From Candidatus Methanomethylophilaceae archaeon (lineage in GTDB: Archaea > Thermoplasmatota > Thermoplasmata > Methanomassiliicoccales > Methanomethylophilaceae): a stretch of 46,430 bases of DNA. Of this stretch, positions 30,281 to 39,947 are shown one piece after another (positions within the stretch are counted from its first letter, which is position 1; the number at the start of each line of letters is the position of its first letter). Made by a program: the position numbers and the translations under genes. The notes below the pieces were generated by a model, which saw nothing but the letters and a program-made list of their open reading frames with translations, was not told the DNA's origin and searched no databases. The DNA lies in assembly GCA_944320495.1 (NCBI GenBank), contig CALUHR010000010.1:1-46430 (forward strand), given 5' to 3'.

Positions 30281-30465
30281 CTCACCGTGAAACGATCCGG
30301 ATTGAGACCCACGACGATGCCGCATCGAACGACTCCGTCTCTCGGTTGAGGCAGCGTCCTTTTTCGATGACCGACCTCCCCATGGTCTTAAAAAGAATCT
30401 AGAACCACATTCGAGATGTTTTGAAATGATTATAAAATGGTTTCAAAGGGTTTGGAGGGTGGTCT

Positions 30466-31242
30466 TCACTTCGAGAGCAGCCTCTGGACGACGCCGACGG
30501 TCCCGTCGACGGTGTCCCTGACGGCCATGTCCTCGGGAGCCACCCAATCGAACGCCTCGTTCTCCTCGTTCAGAACCGGCTCGACGGAGCCGACACGGTA
30601 CAGGAACGGATGGACCTTCCACAGGACATTTCCCTCCCTGACATACACGGGATCGAGACGCGCATCAGGCTCGGACACCGCGATTCCGGTCTCCTCCATG
30701 ATCTCGCGCGAGGCGGCATCCACGGGGTCCTCGTCCCCCTCGACCCTGCCGGCCACCAGGGACCAGCGTCCGGGGAATGAATGGCAGGATGCGGGACGCC
30801 TGAGCATCAGCACCCTCCCGTCGGAGACGACGGCGGATGACACGGACTCGTGCATCTCCACGCCCTCGATGTCCACCGCGCCTGATGCCGCATCCACTGT
30901 GACGACGTCCCCGTCCTCGAACATGGACACACTCGGCACGGAGTCGACCATCGGGATCGACGATATCACCGCGCCGGTGGCCACGATCGTCTCTGCGGAC
31001 TCGTTTATCACGGCGGCCGGAGCGCAACCGTGGACCATCAGGTCGTACATCACGAAGGAGCCTACGGTGCTGCCCTTGCCACGGGGGAACACCAGGACCT
31101 TCCCCTTAACGTTCCCTCCGTTCCCGACGCGGAGCTCTCCGGTGGAGCCGTCCACGCCTCCGAGGAAGCTCAGTGGCTCGTCCAGCCTCAGCACCTCACC
31201 GGTGGCCTTCCCTGGGGATATGGTGCGTCCCTCGAACCTCAC
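30466..31242 (-). CDS. AcnX small (swivel, DUF126) subunit fused to a Nudix hydrolase
   Basis: GTG start in a GTGA overlap. LSFLGGVD, LVFPRGKGSTVGS, TGAVISSIP, then the full Nudix box GRVEGDEDPVDAASREIMEETGI. Confidence 0.88.
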   Translation of the reverse strand: MRFEGRTISPGKATGEVLRLDEPLSFLGGVDGSTGELRVGNGGNVKGKVLVFPRGKGSTVGSFVMYDLMVHGCAPAAVINESAETIVATGAVISSIPMVDSVPSVSMFEDGDVVTVDAASGAVDIEGVEMHESVSSAVVSDGRVLMLRRPASCHSFPGRWSLVAGRVEGDEDPVDAASREIMEETGIAVSEPDARLDPVYVREGNVLWKVHPFLYRVGSVEPVLNEENEAFDWVAPEDMAVRDTVDGTVGVVQRLLSK

Positions 31243-32414
31243 ATGACCACCTCCAGCAGAGCCGATACGTCGCGGACCATGGCCTTCTGGGAGCACAGCG
31301 TGGGCAGATAGTTCCCCGCCTTGGCGGAGTTGGTGCCGGTGCGCTGGAAGGCACCCTCTATGGGGGCCACGACCATGCATGTGTCGGCAAGCACGGGTCC
31401 GAACTCCTCCATGATCCTCACATCCTCTGGACACCTGGCGCGGACCTCTTCGGAGGTGCAGAACCATATCTCCACGTCGTCCCTGACCTTCTTCTTGCCC
31501 TTGAGGAACGATGCGATCTGGTGCATCTCCTTCTCGGTGAGGTGCGGGCATCCCAGGGCGATTAGCTGCACGTCGTCGACGGTGTTCAGCTTGTCGTACG
31601 CCGCCTCGAGCTCCTTCTCCCCTATGGGGATGACCTCCAGGTCGGACACGTCGAAAGACCCTGCCTCCGGCGTCACGCCCTCGGCGTGCCAGAGCGCGAC
31701 CGACCCGGCGGCGGCCATCGCCGCGCTGAGGGTCTTGGCCTCCTCCAGCTCTGGGGAGATGCCCCTGAAGTAGGGTATCCCGGAGCCCATGGCCATTCCG
31801 ACGGCCTGTCCCAGCAGCGAGTACGAGAACACCGAGCCGTCGATGTCGGCCTCGATGACCTTGGTCGGTCTCCTCTTCTCGTCGAGATGGAGTCCGTAGT
31901 TCGCGGTCTTCCCGAGGATGGCGGCAGCCAGCGCACCGGGACCGCCCTCGCGGTTGGTCCTCGCGCCGATGTAGGAGTTCACGAACGAAAGGGCGGACGA
32001 CTCCGCCCACGCCACATGGTCCCCGAATGAGGGCACGTTCGCTCCGGTATACGGGGTGCAGGAACAGGTCTTCTGCACGCCCATCTGCCCGTAGAGATCG
32101 ATGATCCTGAGCTGCTTCTCGGCGAACTCCGGCGTGATGTGCATCTCGCGCCAGCGCTCCCTATCCATGCCCACGGGGTTGAGGGTGGACGGCACGCTCA
32201 CCCTGGCACCTCCGGCGGCCATGTCCTCGAGATACTTCAGGCCCCCGTCCCCGATAGTCTTGTACGACGCACCGGAGAGGTGCGCGGATGTGATGTCGAT
32301 GAGGTCCTCCGCCCCGTATATCTTGCCCAGGGCGGTGACGAGCTCCATGGCCTTCTGCATGCCCTCGCCGCTCTCGCCATTGAGGATTGCCTCCTCCTCC
32401 CTCGTTAGATCCAT
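31239..32414 (-). CDS. Aconitase X catalytic (DUF521) subunit, phosphomevalonate dehydratase large subunit-like
   Basis: AHLSGASY, TCSCTPY, AWAESSA, ARTNREGGP, LGCPH, DTCMVV and TNSAKA motifs. Confidence 0.92.
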   Translation of the reverse strand: MDLTREEEAILNGESGEGMQKAMELVTALGKIYGAEDLIDITSAHLSGASYKTIGDGGLKYLEDMAAGGARVSVPSTLNPVGMDRERWREMHITPEFAEKQLRIIDLYGQMGVQKTCSCTPYTGANVPSFGDHVAWAESSALSFVNSYIGARTNREGGPGALAAAILGKTANYGLHLDEKRRPTKVIEADIDGSVFSYSLLGQAVGMAMGSGIPYFRGISPELEEAKTLSAAMAAAGSVALWHAEGVTPEAGSFDVSDLEVIPIGEKELEAAYDKLNTVDDVQLIALGCPHLTEKEMHQIASFLKGKKKVRDDVEIWFCTSEEVRARCPEDVRIMEEFGPVLADTCMVVAPIEGAFQRTGTNSAKAGNYLPTLCSQKAMVRDVSALLEVVM

Positions 32415-32459
32415 GGCGGACGGATTGTGATGGACCTATTAAGGTTGCATCGGTTGTCC

Positions 32460-32828
32460 TCGCAGGAGTGCCAGATACCTTCCGCCGATGGCTCCCGCCA
32501 CACAGAGGACGGAGTTCATCAGTATGTTCGCCCCGGCCTTCCCCCACGCCTCGTCGCAGAGGAGATTGACGGTGTCTATCGAGAAGGTGGACATCGTCGT
32601 GAACGCGCCGAAGAACCCGGTGAACACCATCGTCTTCACCGGCCCGTCGGCGTATATCCCGTAGCGGAACATGAGGAACGACGCGAGGCAGCATCCGACG
32701 ATGTTGACGATGAACGTCGCCCAGGGGAACCCCGTCTCCACGGTGCGGTAGACGCAGAACCTTGACAGGGCGCCGAGCGCCCCTCCGAGCGCGACCGCCC
32801 CGAACGTCACCGCAGTGCCGGGATCCAT
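32460..32828 (-). CDS. crcB: Fluoride channel FluC/CrcB
   Basis: GGALGALSRF, FPWATFIVNIVGC, TGFFGAFTTMSTF. First CGA at 32460-32462; standard TAA at 32439. Confidence 0.9.
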
Positions 32829-32912
32829 GCATCACCGCATCCGGAACTTGGAGATAACGATACCGATTGCAATTCGCTCCCCATTTAATTACCATAAGGA
32901 CAATACACCCCC

Positions 32913-33863
32913 ATGGACACCACACCCGCCATCGAGGCGGTCGGTCTGACCAAGATGTACGGCAGCTTCGCCGCCATCTCGGACGTCAACCTGACCGTGA
33001 GGCGCGGGGAGTTTATGGGTCTCCTCGGTCCCAACGGGGCCGGGAAGAGCACCACCCTGAAAGCGATTACCGGCCTTCTCAAACCCACATCTGGCAGTGT
33101 CAGGATATCCGGCATCGACATCAGGGAGCACAGCAAGGCCATGCAGCACGTCGGCTGCGTGATCGAGACCCCCGAACCCTACCCCGGCTTCACACCGGCA
33201 GAGATCATGCAATACGTGGCCCGCATGTACGGGCTGGATTCCCGCGAGACGGCCATCCGCGCGAGGGATGCGTTGGAGACCGTCAAGATGTGGGAATGGC
33301 GCGACAAGAAGGTCGGTGGCTTCTCCAAGGGCATGAGGCAGAGGGTCGTCCTCGCCCAGGCCCTTCTCCCCAACCCGGACACCATCATCCTGGACGAGCC
33401 GACATCCGGACTCGATCCCAGAGGGATGATCGAGATCAGGCAGTCACTCGCCGCCCTCAAGAACCGCGACAGGAGCCTCCTAATCAGCACCCACATCCTG
33501 TCCGAGGTCTCGGAGCTCTGCGGCTCCGTCGCCATGATCAGGGACGGGAGGGTCATCACCCAGGGCGACGTCTCCACGCTCATCCACGGTGTCGGAGGGC
33601 GCCAGATCAGCCTGGAAATCAGGACCGTCGCGCCGTTCACCTCGCAGATCGTGAAGAACATCGAGGGCTGCCAGGGCGTAAGCTCCACCGAGCACATGGG
33701 CGACTGCTCCCTCAGGGTCACATTCACCGGCACCCCCGAGCAGCAGGCCCACCTCACCGAGACGGTGTTCAGGAGCGGGCTCGGAGTGCTGGCGATGAAC
33801 GAGAAGGGGGCCAATCTCGAATCGCTCTACATGGAGCTCACCGAGGGGGATGAGGTGAAATGA
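32913..33863 (+). CDS. ABC transporter ATP-binding protein (ABC-2 exporter type)
   Basis: GPNGAGKST, FSKGMRQR, LDEPTSGLD and STHIL motifs. Confidence 0.93.
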   Translation: MDTTPAIEAVGLTKMYGSFAAISDVNLTVRRGEFMGLLGPNGAGKSTTLKAITGLLKPTSGSVRISGIDIREHSKAMQHVGCVIETPEPYPGFTPAEIMQYVARMYGLDSRETAIRARDALETVKMWEWRDKKVGGFSKGMRQRVVLAQALLPNPDTIILDEPTSGLDPRGMIEIRQSLAALKNRDRSLLISTHILSEVSELCGSVAMIRDGRVITQGDVSTLIHGVGGRQISLEIRTVAPFTSQIVKNIEGCQGVSSTEHMGDCSLRVTFTGTPEQQAHLTETVFRSGLGVLAMNEKGANLESLYMELTEGDEVK

Positions 33864-35020
33864 GCCTCGACAGAGTCGGCGGAAGGTACTCCGACCCCGC
33901 CCCGCAGGAGGAGGAGCCCAAGAAGAAGAGAAAGCAGGAAGAACAGGCCGAGAGGCCCAAACCCCGCACCGTCGAGCTCCCCCGGAGGGAGCCCGTGGCT
34001 GAGGCACCCATAAGTGTCTCCATCGACACGAGCCAGCCCCCGGAGAGGAGGATGGAGGGACAGCCTGAGCAATCAGTGGAGCCGAAGAAGGCGCGCAAGA
34101 TCTCCCTCTCGAAGAAGAGGGACGACGCCGTCGACGAGGGACGTCTCGGAACCTGGGCCGACACGGGATACCACGCATCCGACGCGGAGGCCCATAGAGA
34201 CGTCCGCTACAAGGGAGCATCCCCCGTCGGCAGGATAATCGGCGTATTCATGGCCCAGATGAAGCTGTTCGCCAAGAGCAAGTGGATGTTCGTGATGATG
34301 TTCGCTGCCGTGCTCATCCCGGTCGTGATGACGCTCCTGCCCTCGGACCTCCTGGACATGCTGATGTCCCAGTGCGGCATCTCGACGAAGTACGTCGGAA
34401 TGATCCTTTGCTTCATACCCCTGATGGTCTCGTTCTTTACCGCGGTCCTCTGCGGGACCCAGATGCCCAACGAGTTCAAGGACCGCACCGCGTACATGAG
34501 CATCCCGCTCCCGGTGAGCAGGATCGAGTTCTACATCGGGAAGTACCTGGCCGGGTTCGTCCTCTGCCTCGGAGTCTTCCTCATGGCCTTCGGATTCGCC
34601 GTTCTCATGGGCATGATGGAGTACGACGAGTTCTTCAGCGACATGATCAGTAGGGCGCTCGTCTACACAGTCGTGGCGATCTTCGCCTATTCCGCCACCG
34701 CCTACTGCATCGGCACCTTCATGAGACGCGGCTCCGCGCTGGTCCCGCTGATGCTCATGTTCGTCATACTCCCGGCGGTGTTCCTGTACCTCGGACTCAA
34801 GTTCGAGATCGACTGGGTCTTCAACATGCCCTGCTTCCTGCCAGACGCCATCCTCGCATCCCTCGGATCACCGATGACCGTCTCGCTCCTGGGGATGTTC
34901 TCCATGGTCGGAGGTGGATCGTACTTCGACGACATGGGCCTGATGGTCCTGATCGGCGTCGCCTGGGGCGTGCTGTTCCTCGTGATAGGGGCGCTCAAGA
35001 TGAACAGGAGGGAGATGTGA
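33860..35020 (+). CDS. ABC-2 type permease with a long hydrophilic N-terminal extension
   Basis: ATGA overlap with the ATPase gene. About 125 charged residues, then about 6 TM segments with EFKDRTAYMSIPLPVSR. Confidence 0.82.
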   Translation: MSLDRVGGRYSDPAPQEEEPKKKRKQEEQAERPKPRTVELPRREPVAEAPISVSIDTSQPPERRMEGQPEQSVEPKKARKISLSKKRDDAVDEGRLGTWADTGYHASDAEAHRDVRYKGASPVGRIIGVFMAQMKLFAKSKWMFVMMFAAVLIPVVMTLLPSDLLDMLMSQCGISTKYVGMILCFIPLMVSFFTAVLCGTQMPNEFKDRTAYMSIPLPVSRIEFYIGKYLAGFVLCLGVFLMAFGFAVLMGMMEYDEFFSDMISRALVYTVVAIFAYSATAYCIGTFMRRGSALVPLMLMFVILPAVFLYLGLKFEIDWVFNMPCFLPDAILASLGSPMTVSLLGMFSMVGGGSYFDDMGLMVLIGVAWGVLFLVIGALKMNRREM

Positions 35021-35814
35021 TGAATGCGAAGATTGCAGCTATCGCCATGGCGCTCGTCGTAACCGTGTGCCTGGTGCCCGCGACGGCGGACGACTCCGAG
35101 GCCGACGGCACCGACACCTTCCGCATGGGAGCGTACCTGTTCGGAGGGGAGCTGACCATACCCGCGGACATCGGCAACTACCTCGAGCCGGAGTCGCTGT
35201 TCGACGAGGACCGCATCTACCTCCTCGAGGGGTCCGAGAACTACGAGAGGATGATGGAATACATCGACGACGTCACCGACGACGACCCGGCCAACGACAG
35301 GGACGTCTCCATAACATCCGATGACAGGGCCATCATCCCGTCCCACCCCGGCGAGACGATGCTCATCTGCTACACGGACACATACGAGTGGTACAACTGG
35401 GTCTACTTCATCGACCAGAGCACCCCGACGGAGTTGCTGGCCGAGCCCTACGGGGAGACCGCCTACACCGTGAAGCAGGGGGACACCCTCATCATAACGG
35501 TGGACAGGATCGAGGCGTCGTTCGGCGACACGAACCCGCACGTCGTGTACTGGCCCTCGGAGTACGGCAACTACTACGGCAAGCCCGTCTACGCCGGCCA
35601 GACAACGGAGATACAAGCTGTCTCCACGACCTCCTACGTCATCGGCCTGGATGACGACACCGCCCCGCTCTACCTCGATGTGACCGTCACGATCACCGGC
35701 GACAGCGAGCCCAACGGATCCGCCACGATGTTCGCGGCGATCTGCTTCGTCATAGCGGCGCTGACAATCGCGCTCCTGGCGTACGCCGCGATGAAGCCCA
35801 AGTGGGCCAAGTGA
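35020..35814 (+). CDS. Secreted, C-terminally membrane-anchored hypothetical protein
   Basis: Signal-peptide-like N-terminus, acidic body, C-terminal TM followed by KPKWAK. TGATG overlap with the permease. Confidence 0.7.
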   Translation: MNAKIAAIAMALVVTVCLVPATADDSEADGTDTFRMGAYLFGGELTIPADIGNYLEPESLFDEDRIYLLEGSENYERMMEYIDDVTDDDPANDRDVSITSDDRAIIPSHPGETMLICYTDTYEWYNWVYFIDQSTPTELLAEPYGETAYTVKQGDTLIITVDRIEASFGDTNPHVVYWPSEYGNYYGKPVYAGQTTEIQAVSTTSYVIGLDDDTAPLYLDVTVTITGDSEPNGSATMFAAICFVIAALTIALLAYAAMKPKWAK

Positions 35815-35823
35815 GAGCAAAAC

Positions 35824-35841
35824 GGACCCCTCCGGGGGTCC
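35824..35841. terminator. Hairpin between convergent operons
   Basis: GGACCCC-TCCG-GGGGTCC. Confidence 0.55.
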
Positions 35842-35850
35842 TTTCCCTCT

Positions 35851-38091
35851 TCAGCTGTTCATCCTGCGGGTCATCGCCACGACCACGAACGTGGCCGCGA
35901 TCGACACGCCGAGCATGACCATCAGATAGATCGGCGTCGAATCTATGGAGTCGGCCTTAATCCATCTGGCCTCGAGCACCATGCTCTCGGTCACCGGTTC
36001 GGAGAAGTCATACTCCCTCCCGTCGAGCTCCCAGCCTAGGAAGGAGTACCCGAACTTCGACGGGGTGAACGGGTCCACGGTCTGGTCCTGATTGGCCATG
36101 TTGATGTTCACGGTAACAGGGCTCTCGCCCAGGCCGATGTCGAACACCACCAGATGGTAGGTGGAGTATCTCGGGAACCCCTCGTCGACGTCGATGTACA
36201 TGTCGTCTATGATCGGCACGATGGTGATGTCGCCGTTGTAGAACCCCACCTCGGTGACCCCATCCTGCATGGACGGGTCCTTGGAGTAGAAAACGCTCCT
36301 CTTGTGGTCCCAAGTGATCACCAGCTGCCCGCCGGCAACCTGGAAGGACCTCTCCCCGGTGACGGACATGTCATAGTGCACCACGGGAACCCCGTCATTG
36401 CCGGAGACCCTCGAATCGAAGTCCGCAAGAATGACCCCGAGCCTCGCGCACCCGTCGAAGGGACTCGGTCCGAACGAGACCTCCTCGGCTCCCACGGACA
36501 GAATCTCCAACGACCAGCAGTAGGAGAACGCACGGCTGCCGAACTCCGCGCAGGAGATGAACGAGACCTCCTCCAGCGCAGTACAGTAGGAGAGGGCGCG
36601 GGCGCCCACCGACGTGACTCCGTCGGCGATTACCCTCTTGAGACCGGCGCAGTACTCGAACGCGCCGTCGGCGATGGTCATCGACCCGTCTATCGTGAGA
36701 TCCTCCAGCGCGCCGGTTCCAGAACCGGAGAAGTCCAGGCTCGACACGGTGCAGCGGAGACCGTGGAAATGCAGCGTCCCGCTCAGGGTCGCGGCCTTCT
36801 CCGTGCCGGAGTACCCGGTCACAGTGACTTCCAGCGGCTCTATATCGCCGACCACCTCGTCGTCCTTGCCGGTAGGCAGGGAGACTGGGATCGCATCCCA
36901 TACGCCGACGGACGTCATCGCACGAAGGTCGCCGTATGTGAGCGTCCCCACGCCCATGGGCAGGAACCTGGCGCTGACGCCGTCTCCCACCGTGAGCGTA
37001 AAGTACCCGTCCCCCGAGGTGTACTCCAGATTCGTGACGACCATGTCCTCCTGGACGATGTCCCATGAGCCGTAGAGTTCGTAGGTGAGCCTGATCCCGC
37101 CGGTCGGATTGGTAACAGCGGCGGACTCCATCCCCAGGGACGAATAGGTTATGGAGCTGGCCTTGGCATCCTCGAGGATGTTGAACGTCACCTCGGACCT
37201 GCCGAGCACATCCACCACGTAGACGACGTCGGCGTCGTTCAGATTCACCCTGGTCACGTCCTCGAGGTCCCCTTCCAGCTTGATGATGCCTGACGCATGG
37301 CCAGGGGGGCAGATGTGGACCGTCCCGCCGTCGTCGGAGAGGAGCAGCCCGTCGACCACACTGTAGAGGTCGCTGCCTGTGGCGGAGATCGTGGAGAGCT
37401 TGGTGCAACCTGTGAAGGCGGTAGCATCTACCGACGCCTTCCCGATGTCCACCGTCGAGAGATTGGTGCATCTGGAGAATGCCTCCGCGCCGATGGACGT
37501 TAGCGAACCTGAGTTGGAGAACGCCCGGAGGGATATGCAACCCGTGAACGCACCGTATCCTATCGTCTTGAGCGTGCCTGTGGTCACGGTCGTCAGGGTG
37601 ATGCATCCGGAGAAAGTGCCAGAGGCGAGATCCGTCGCCTCCCCACCGAAGGAGACCGTGGTCACCCTGAGGGAAGTGAACGCTCCGGAATCGGCCGTGA
37701 TGTTGCCGTTGATCACCAGGGACATCCCGCTGCCGAATATGTCGTCCGGCGTGTACTTGGATATGTCCTCGAGGGGATCCTCGCCGACAATCACCCTGGT
37801 GAGCTTCCAGTCGCCCCAGGATGCCACCGTTGAACCGCGGGTGATGCTCCCGATGGACCCTCCGCCTATGTTGAGGACCCCTCCGGAATAGCTCCAGGAT
37901 GCGGATCCGCTGCCGGTGTCGCAGGTCCCGTATGCCGTGTAGTCGTCGCCAAGGTCATCCGCCGGAGACTCCTCGGCATCAGTCTCGCCGTCCCCGGATG
38001 CGTTGCCGTCGGCGGCTGTGGAATCATAGGGGACCGTCGCCAACAGCAGGACGGCGACGAACGCCATGAGGGCCAGGATGCGTGCTTTCAC
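35851..38091 (-). CDS. BspA-like leucine-rich-repeat surface protein with InlB-B/Flg_new-like repeat and C-terminal anchor
   Basis: GTG start with signal peptide. AFxxCxxL repeats (AFTGCISL, AFSRCTNL, AFEYCAGL, AFSYCWSL), GYSFLGW...YDFSEPVTESMVLEARW, C-terminal TM plus TRR. Confidence 0.85.
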   Translation of the reverse strand: MKARILALMAFVAVLLLATVPYDSTAADGNASGDGETDAEESPADDLGDDYTAYGTCDTGSGSASWSYSGGVLNIGGGSIGSITRGSTVASWGDWKLTRVIVGEDPLEDISKYTPDDIFGSGMSLVINGNITADSGAFTSLRVTTVSFGGEATDLASGTFSGCITLTTVTTGTLKTIGYGAFTGCISLRAFSNSGSLTSIGAEAFSRCTNLSTVDIGKASVDATAFTGCTKLSTISATGSDLYSVVDGLLLSDDGGTVHICPPGHASGIIKLEGDLEDVTRVNLNDADVVYVVDVLGRSEVTFNILEDAKASSITYSSLGMESAAVTNPTGGIRLTYELYGSWDIVQEDMVVTNLEYTSGDGYFTLTVGDGVSARFLPMGVGTLTYGDLRAMTSVGVWDAIPVSLPTGKDDEVVGDIEPLEVTVTGYSGTEKAATLSGTLHFHGLRCTVSSLDFSGSGTGALEDLTIDGSMTIADGAFEYCAGLKRVIADGVTSVGARALSYCTALEEVSFISCAEFGSRAFSYCWSLEILSVGAEEVSFGPSPFDGCARLGVILADFDSRVSGNDGVPVVHYDMSVTGERSFQVAGGQLVITWDHKRSVFYSKDPSMQDGVTEVGFYNGDITIVPIIDDMYIDVDEGFPRYSTYHLVVFDIGLGESPVTVNINMANQDQTVDPFTPSKFGYSFLGWELDGREYDFSEPVTESMVLEARWIKADSIDSTPIYLMVMLGVSIAATFVVVAMTRRMNS

Positions 38092-38092
38092 A

Positions 38093-39271
38093 TCGCTCCC
38101 TCCATGGTCCGACGATGCGAGGTCCGGTGTCCTCGTCGTCATCGTCGTCGATGATCACGTCCCCACTCTCGTAATCATCGTAGTCGTCGAAATCCGGGGC
38201 CGGGCCTATCATGGCACGCTCCTCCTCCTGAGGAGCGTCGTTCCAATCGTCGTCGACGATCAGCTCCCCGTCGTCGTAGTCATCGTAATCATCGAAATCG
38301 GGCACCGGCGGGAGCATGGCGCGCTCCTCCTCTTCCTGCGGTGCCTCCTGCGCCTCGAACTCGCCGTCGATGTAGACGTCGTCGTCCAGGCAGCGGAGCC
38401 TGTGCTCCCTGTACCCGCGCATCTCCAGGATAGTGGCACCGAGCTCGCGGGTCATCGCCCAGTACTGGTCCTCGGCGGTGAGCGCGCGGTATCCGGTGGC
38501 GCGCCATCCGCCGTTGAACGATTTGATCGCGACACCGCTGCCCGATGAACCGAGGCTGATGCCGATCCAGTCCTTGGTGGTGTTGGACAGCATGTACAGC
38601 ACGGAGCCCATCACGAACACGATGGCCCCCAGGATACCGAGCGGTATGCAAACCGACGACGGGTCGCCGTGGACCATCAGGTCTGTCGGGACCGAGAACG
38701 CCGCATCCGCGGCTATGTCCGCCTCCGCTCTCGCCTCGCCCAGCGCCAGCCCTTCGTAGTAGGCTTCCCCGTACTCGCCGGAGTTAGGCGACTGCTGGGG
38801 GTAGAAGTCATAGCCATATGGTATCGTATGTGAGACCTCGCCGTTCTGCACGGCCTCGAGGTACGTGGTGAAGTATCCGAACTCGACACCGTCGTTGAAT
38901 CCCTGCTTGTAGTCGCCGTCGGTGTCGAACTCCCCCGACTCGTACAGCGCCACGTAGGGCGCAAACATCAGCAGGAAACCGATCACTACGAACGCTATCG
39001 GCAGCCTGAGGTCCCTGCCGAACTTGGACATCATCGACGAGACCGACGATATAGAGGAGAGCGACGTCTCCTGCCTGTGGACGGCGGCGCCCTCCGCCGC
39101 CTCGATCTCGAATATGACACGCCTGTTGGTAACGGTGAGGACTCCCTCGGACTCGACGCTGCCGGGGAGCGGTATGACCGTCCCTAGAATGAGAGCGACA
39201 CGGTCCACTGCGGTGCAAGGGTATCTGCGGACGACGCGCTCGCCCTCGGCCATGACCGTCCGGTCTGTCAT
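38093..39271 (-). CDS. Membrane protein with PH-like N-terminus and acidic repeated tail
   Basis: EGERVVRRY...VTNRRVI, two TM segments, D/E-rich tail. First CGA at 38093-38095; standard stop at 38024. Confidence 0.7.
38146..38345 (-). repeat. Internal tandem duplication encoding two acidic ~33-aa units
   Basis: APQEEEERAMLPPVPDFDDYDDYDDGELIVDDD and APQEEERAMIGPAPDFDDYDDYESGDVIIDDD. Confidence 0.75.
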
Positions 39272-39897
39272 TCGTCCTTCCAGTCGGGGATGCACGCGTC
39301 TCCGCGGGACTGCACGTCCAGCACGAGTGCGCCGATCTCCCTGGCCATCCTTTCGAACTCCTGGTCCGGGACCATGTAGAACGAGAGGGTCTCCTCCTCG
39401 TGGGGACTGAGGCCCGACACGTGGATGCCCCCGTCGGAGGACTGGGTGTTGACCTTCATCAGCATCAGAGGGCGGACCTTCATGATCGCGGGGATGAATA
39501 TCGCCACACCGAAGGCTATGAGCGCCACCCCGGGGACCGCGAACACTGTGTCCCCAGCCATGAGCGCCATGACGGTCACGACCACTCCGACTATCATCAG
39601 CAGGAGCGGGAACAGCGACCTGCGCTGGGTCTCGGCCTGCAGGAACTCCATGGACGCGATCCTGTCGATGAACGCCTCCTGGGAGTGCATCGACGGCATG
39701 TCTGTGCGCCTGGAGGGCTGCTTGGACTCCGCGAAGTAGATCACGCGCCTGTTGGTCACGGTGACCGTGCATTCCGTCTCCGGGCTGCGCTTGGCGATCC
39801 CGAACGCCTCCAAGGTGCTGTCGGAGGACGTGAAGTCCACCTTCGCGCACCTGTAGGTCCTGATGACCTTCTCGCCTTCCGCTAGGAATATCCCCAA
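39268..39897 (-). CDS. Membrane protein with PH-like N-terminus (paralogue of the downstream gene)
   Basis: TTG start. EGEKVIRTY...VTNRRVI, TM hairpin. ATGA overlap with the next gene. Confidence 0.7.
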   Translation of the reverse strand: MGIFLAEGEKVIRTYRCAKVDFTSSDSTLEAFGIAKRSPETECTVTVTNRRVIYFAESKQPSRRTDMPSMHSQEAFIDRIASMEFLQAETQRRSLFPLLLMIVGVVVTVMALMAGDTVFAVPGVALIAFGVAIFIPAIMKVRPLMLMKVNTQSSDGGIHVSGLSPHEEETLSFYMVPDQEFERMAREIGALVLDVQSRGDACIPDWKDE

Positions 39898-39947
39898 TGT
39901 CTCACCCCTGGCTCTGGACCCCGTACATCACCTTCGTATTAATGCGC

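Noticed and set aside
29929-30402. 157-aa plus-strand ORF
   Set aside because: It has no family features and is the antisense of a degraded HATPase_c_4-like remnant.
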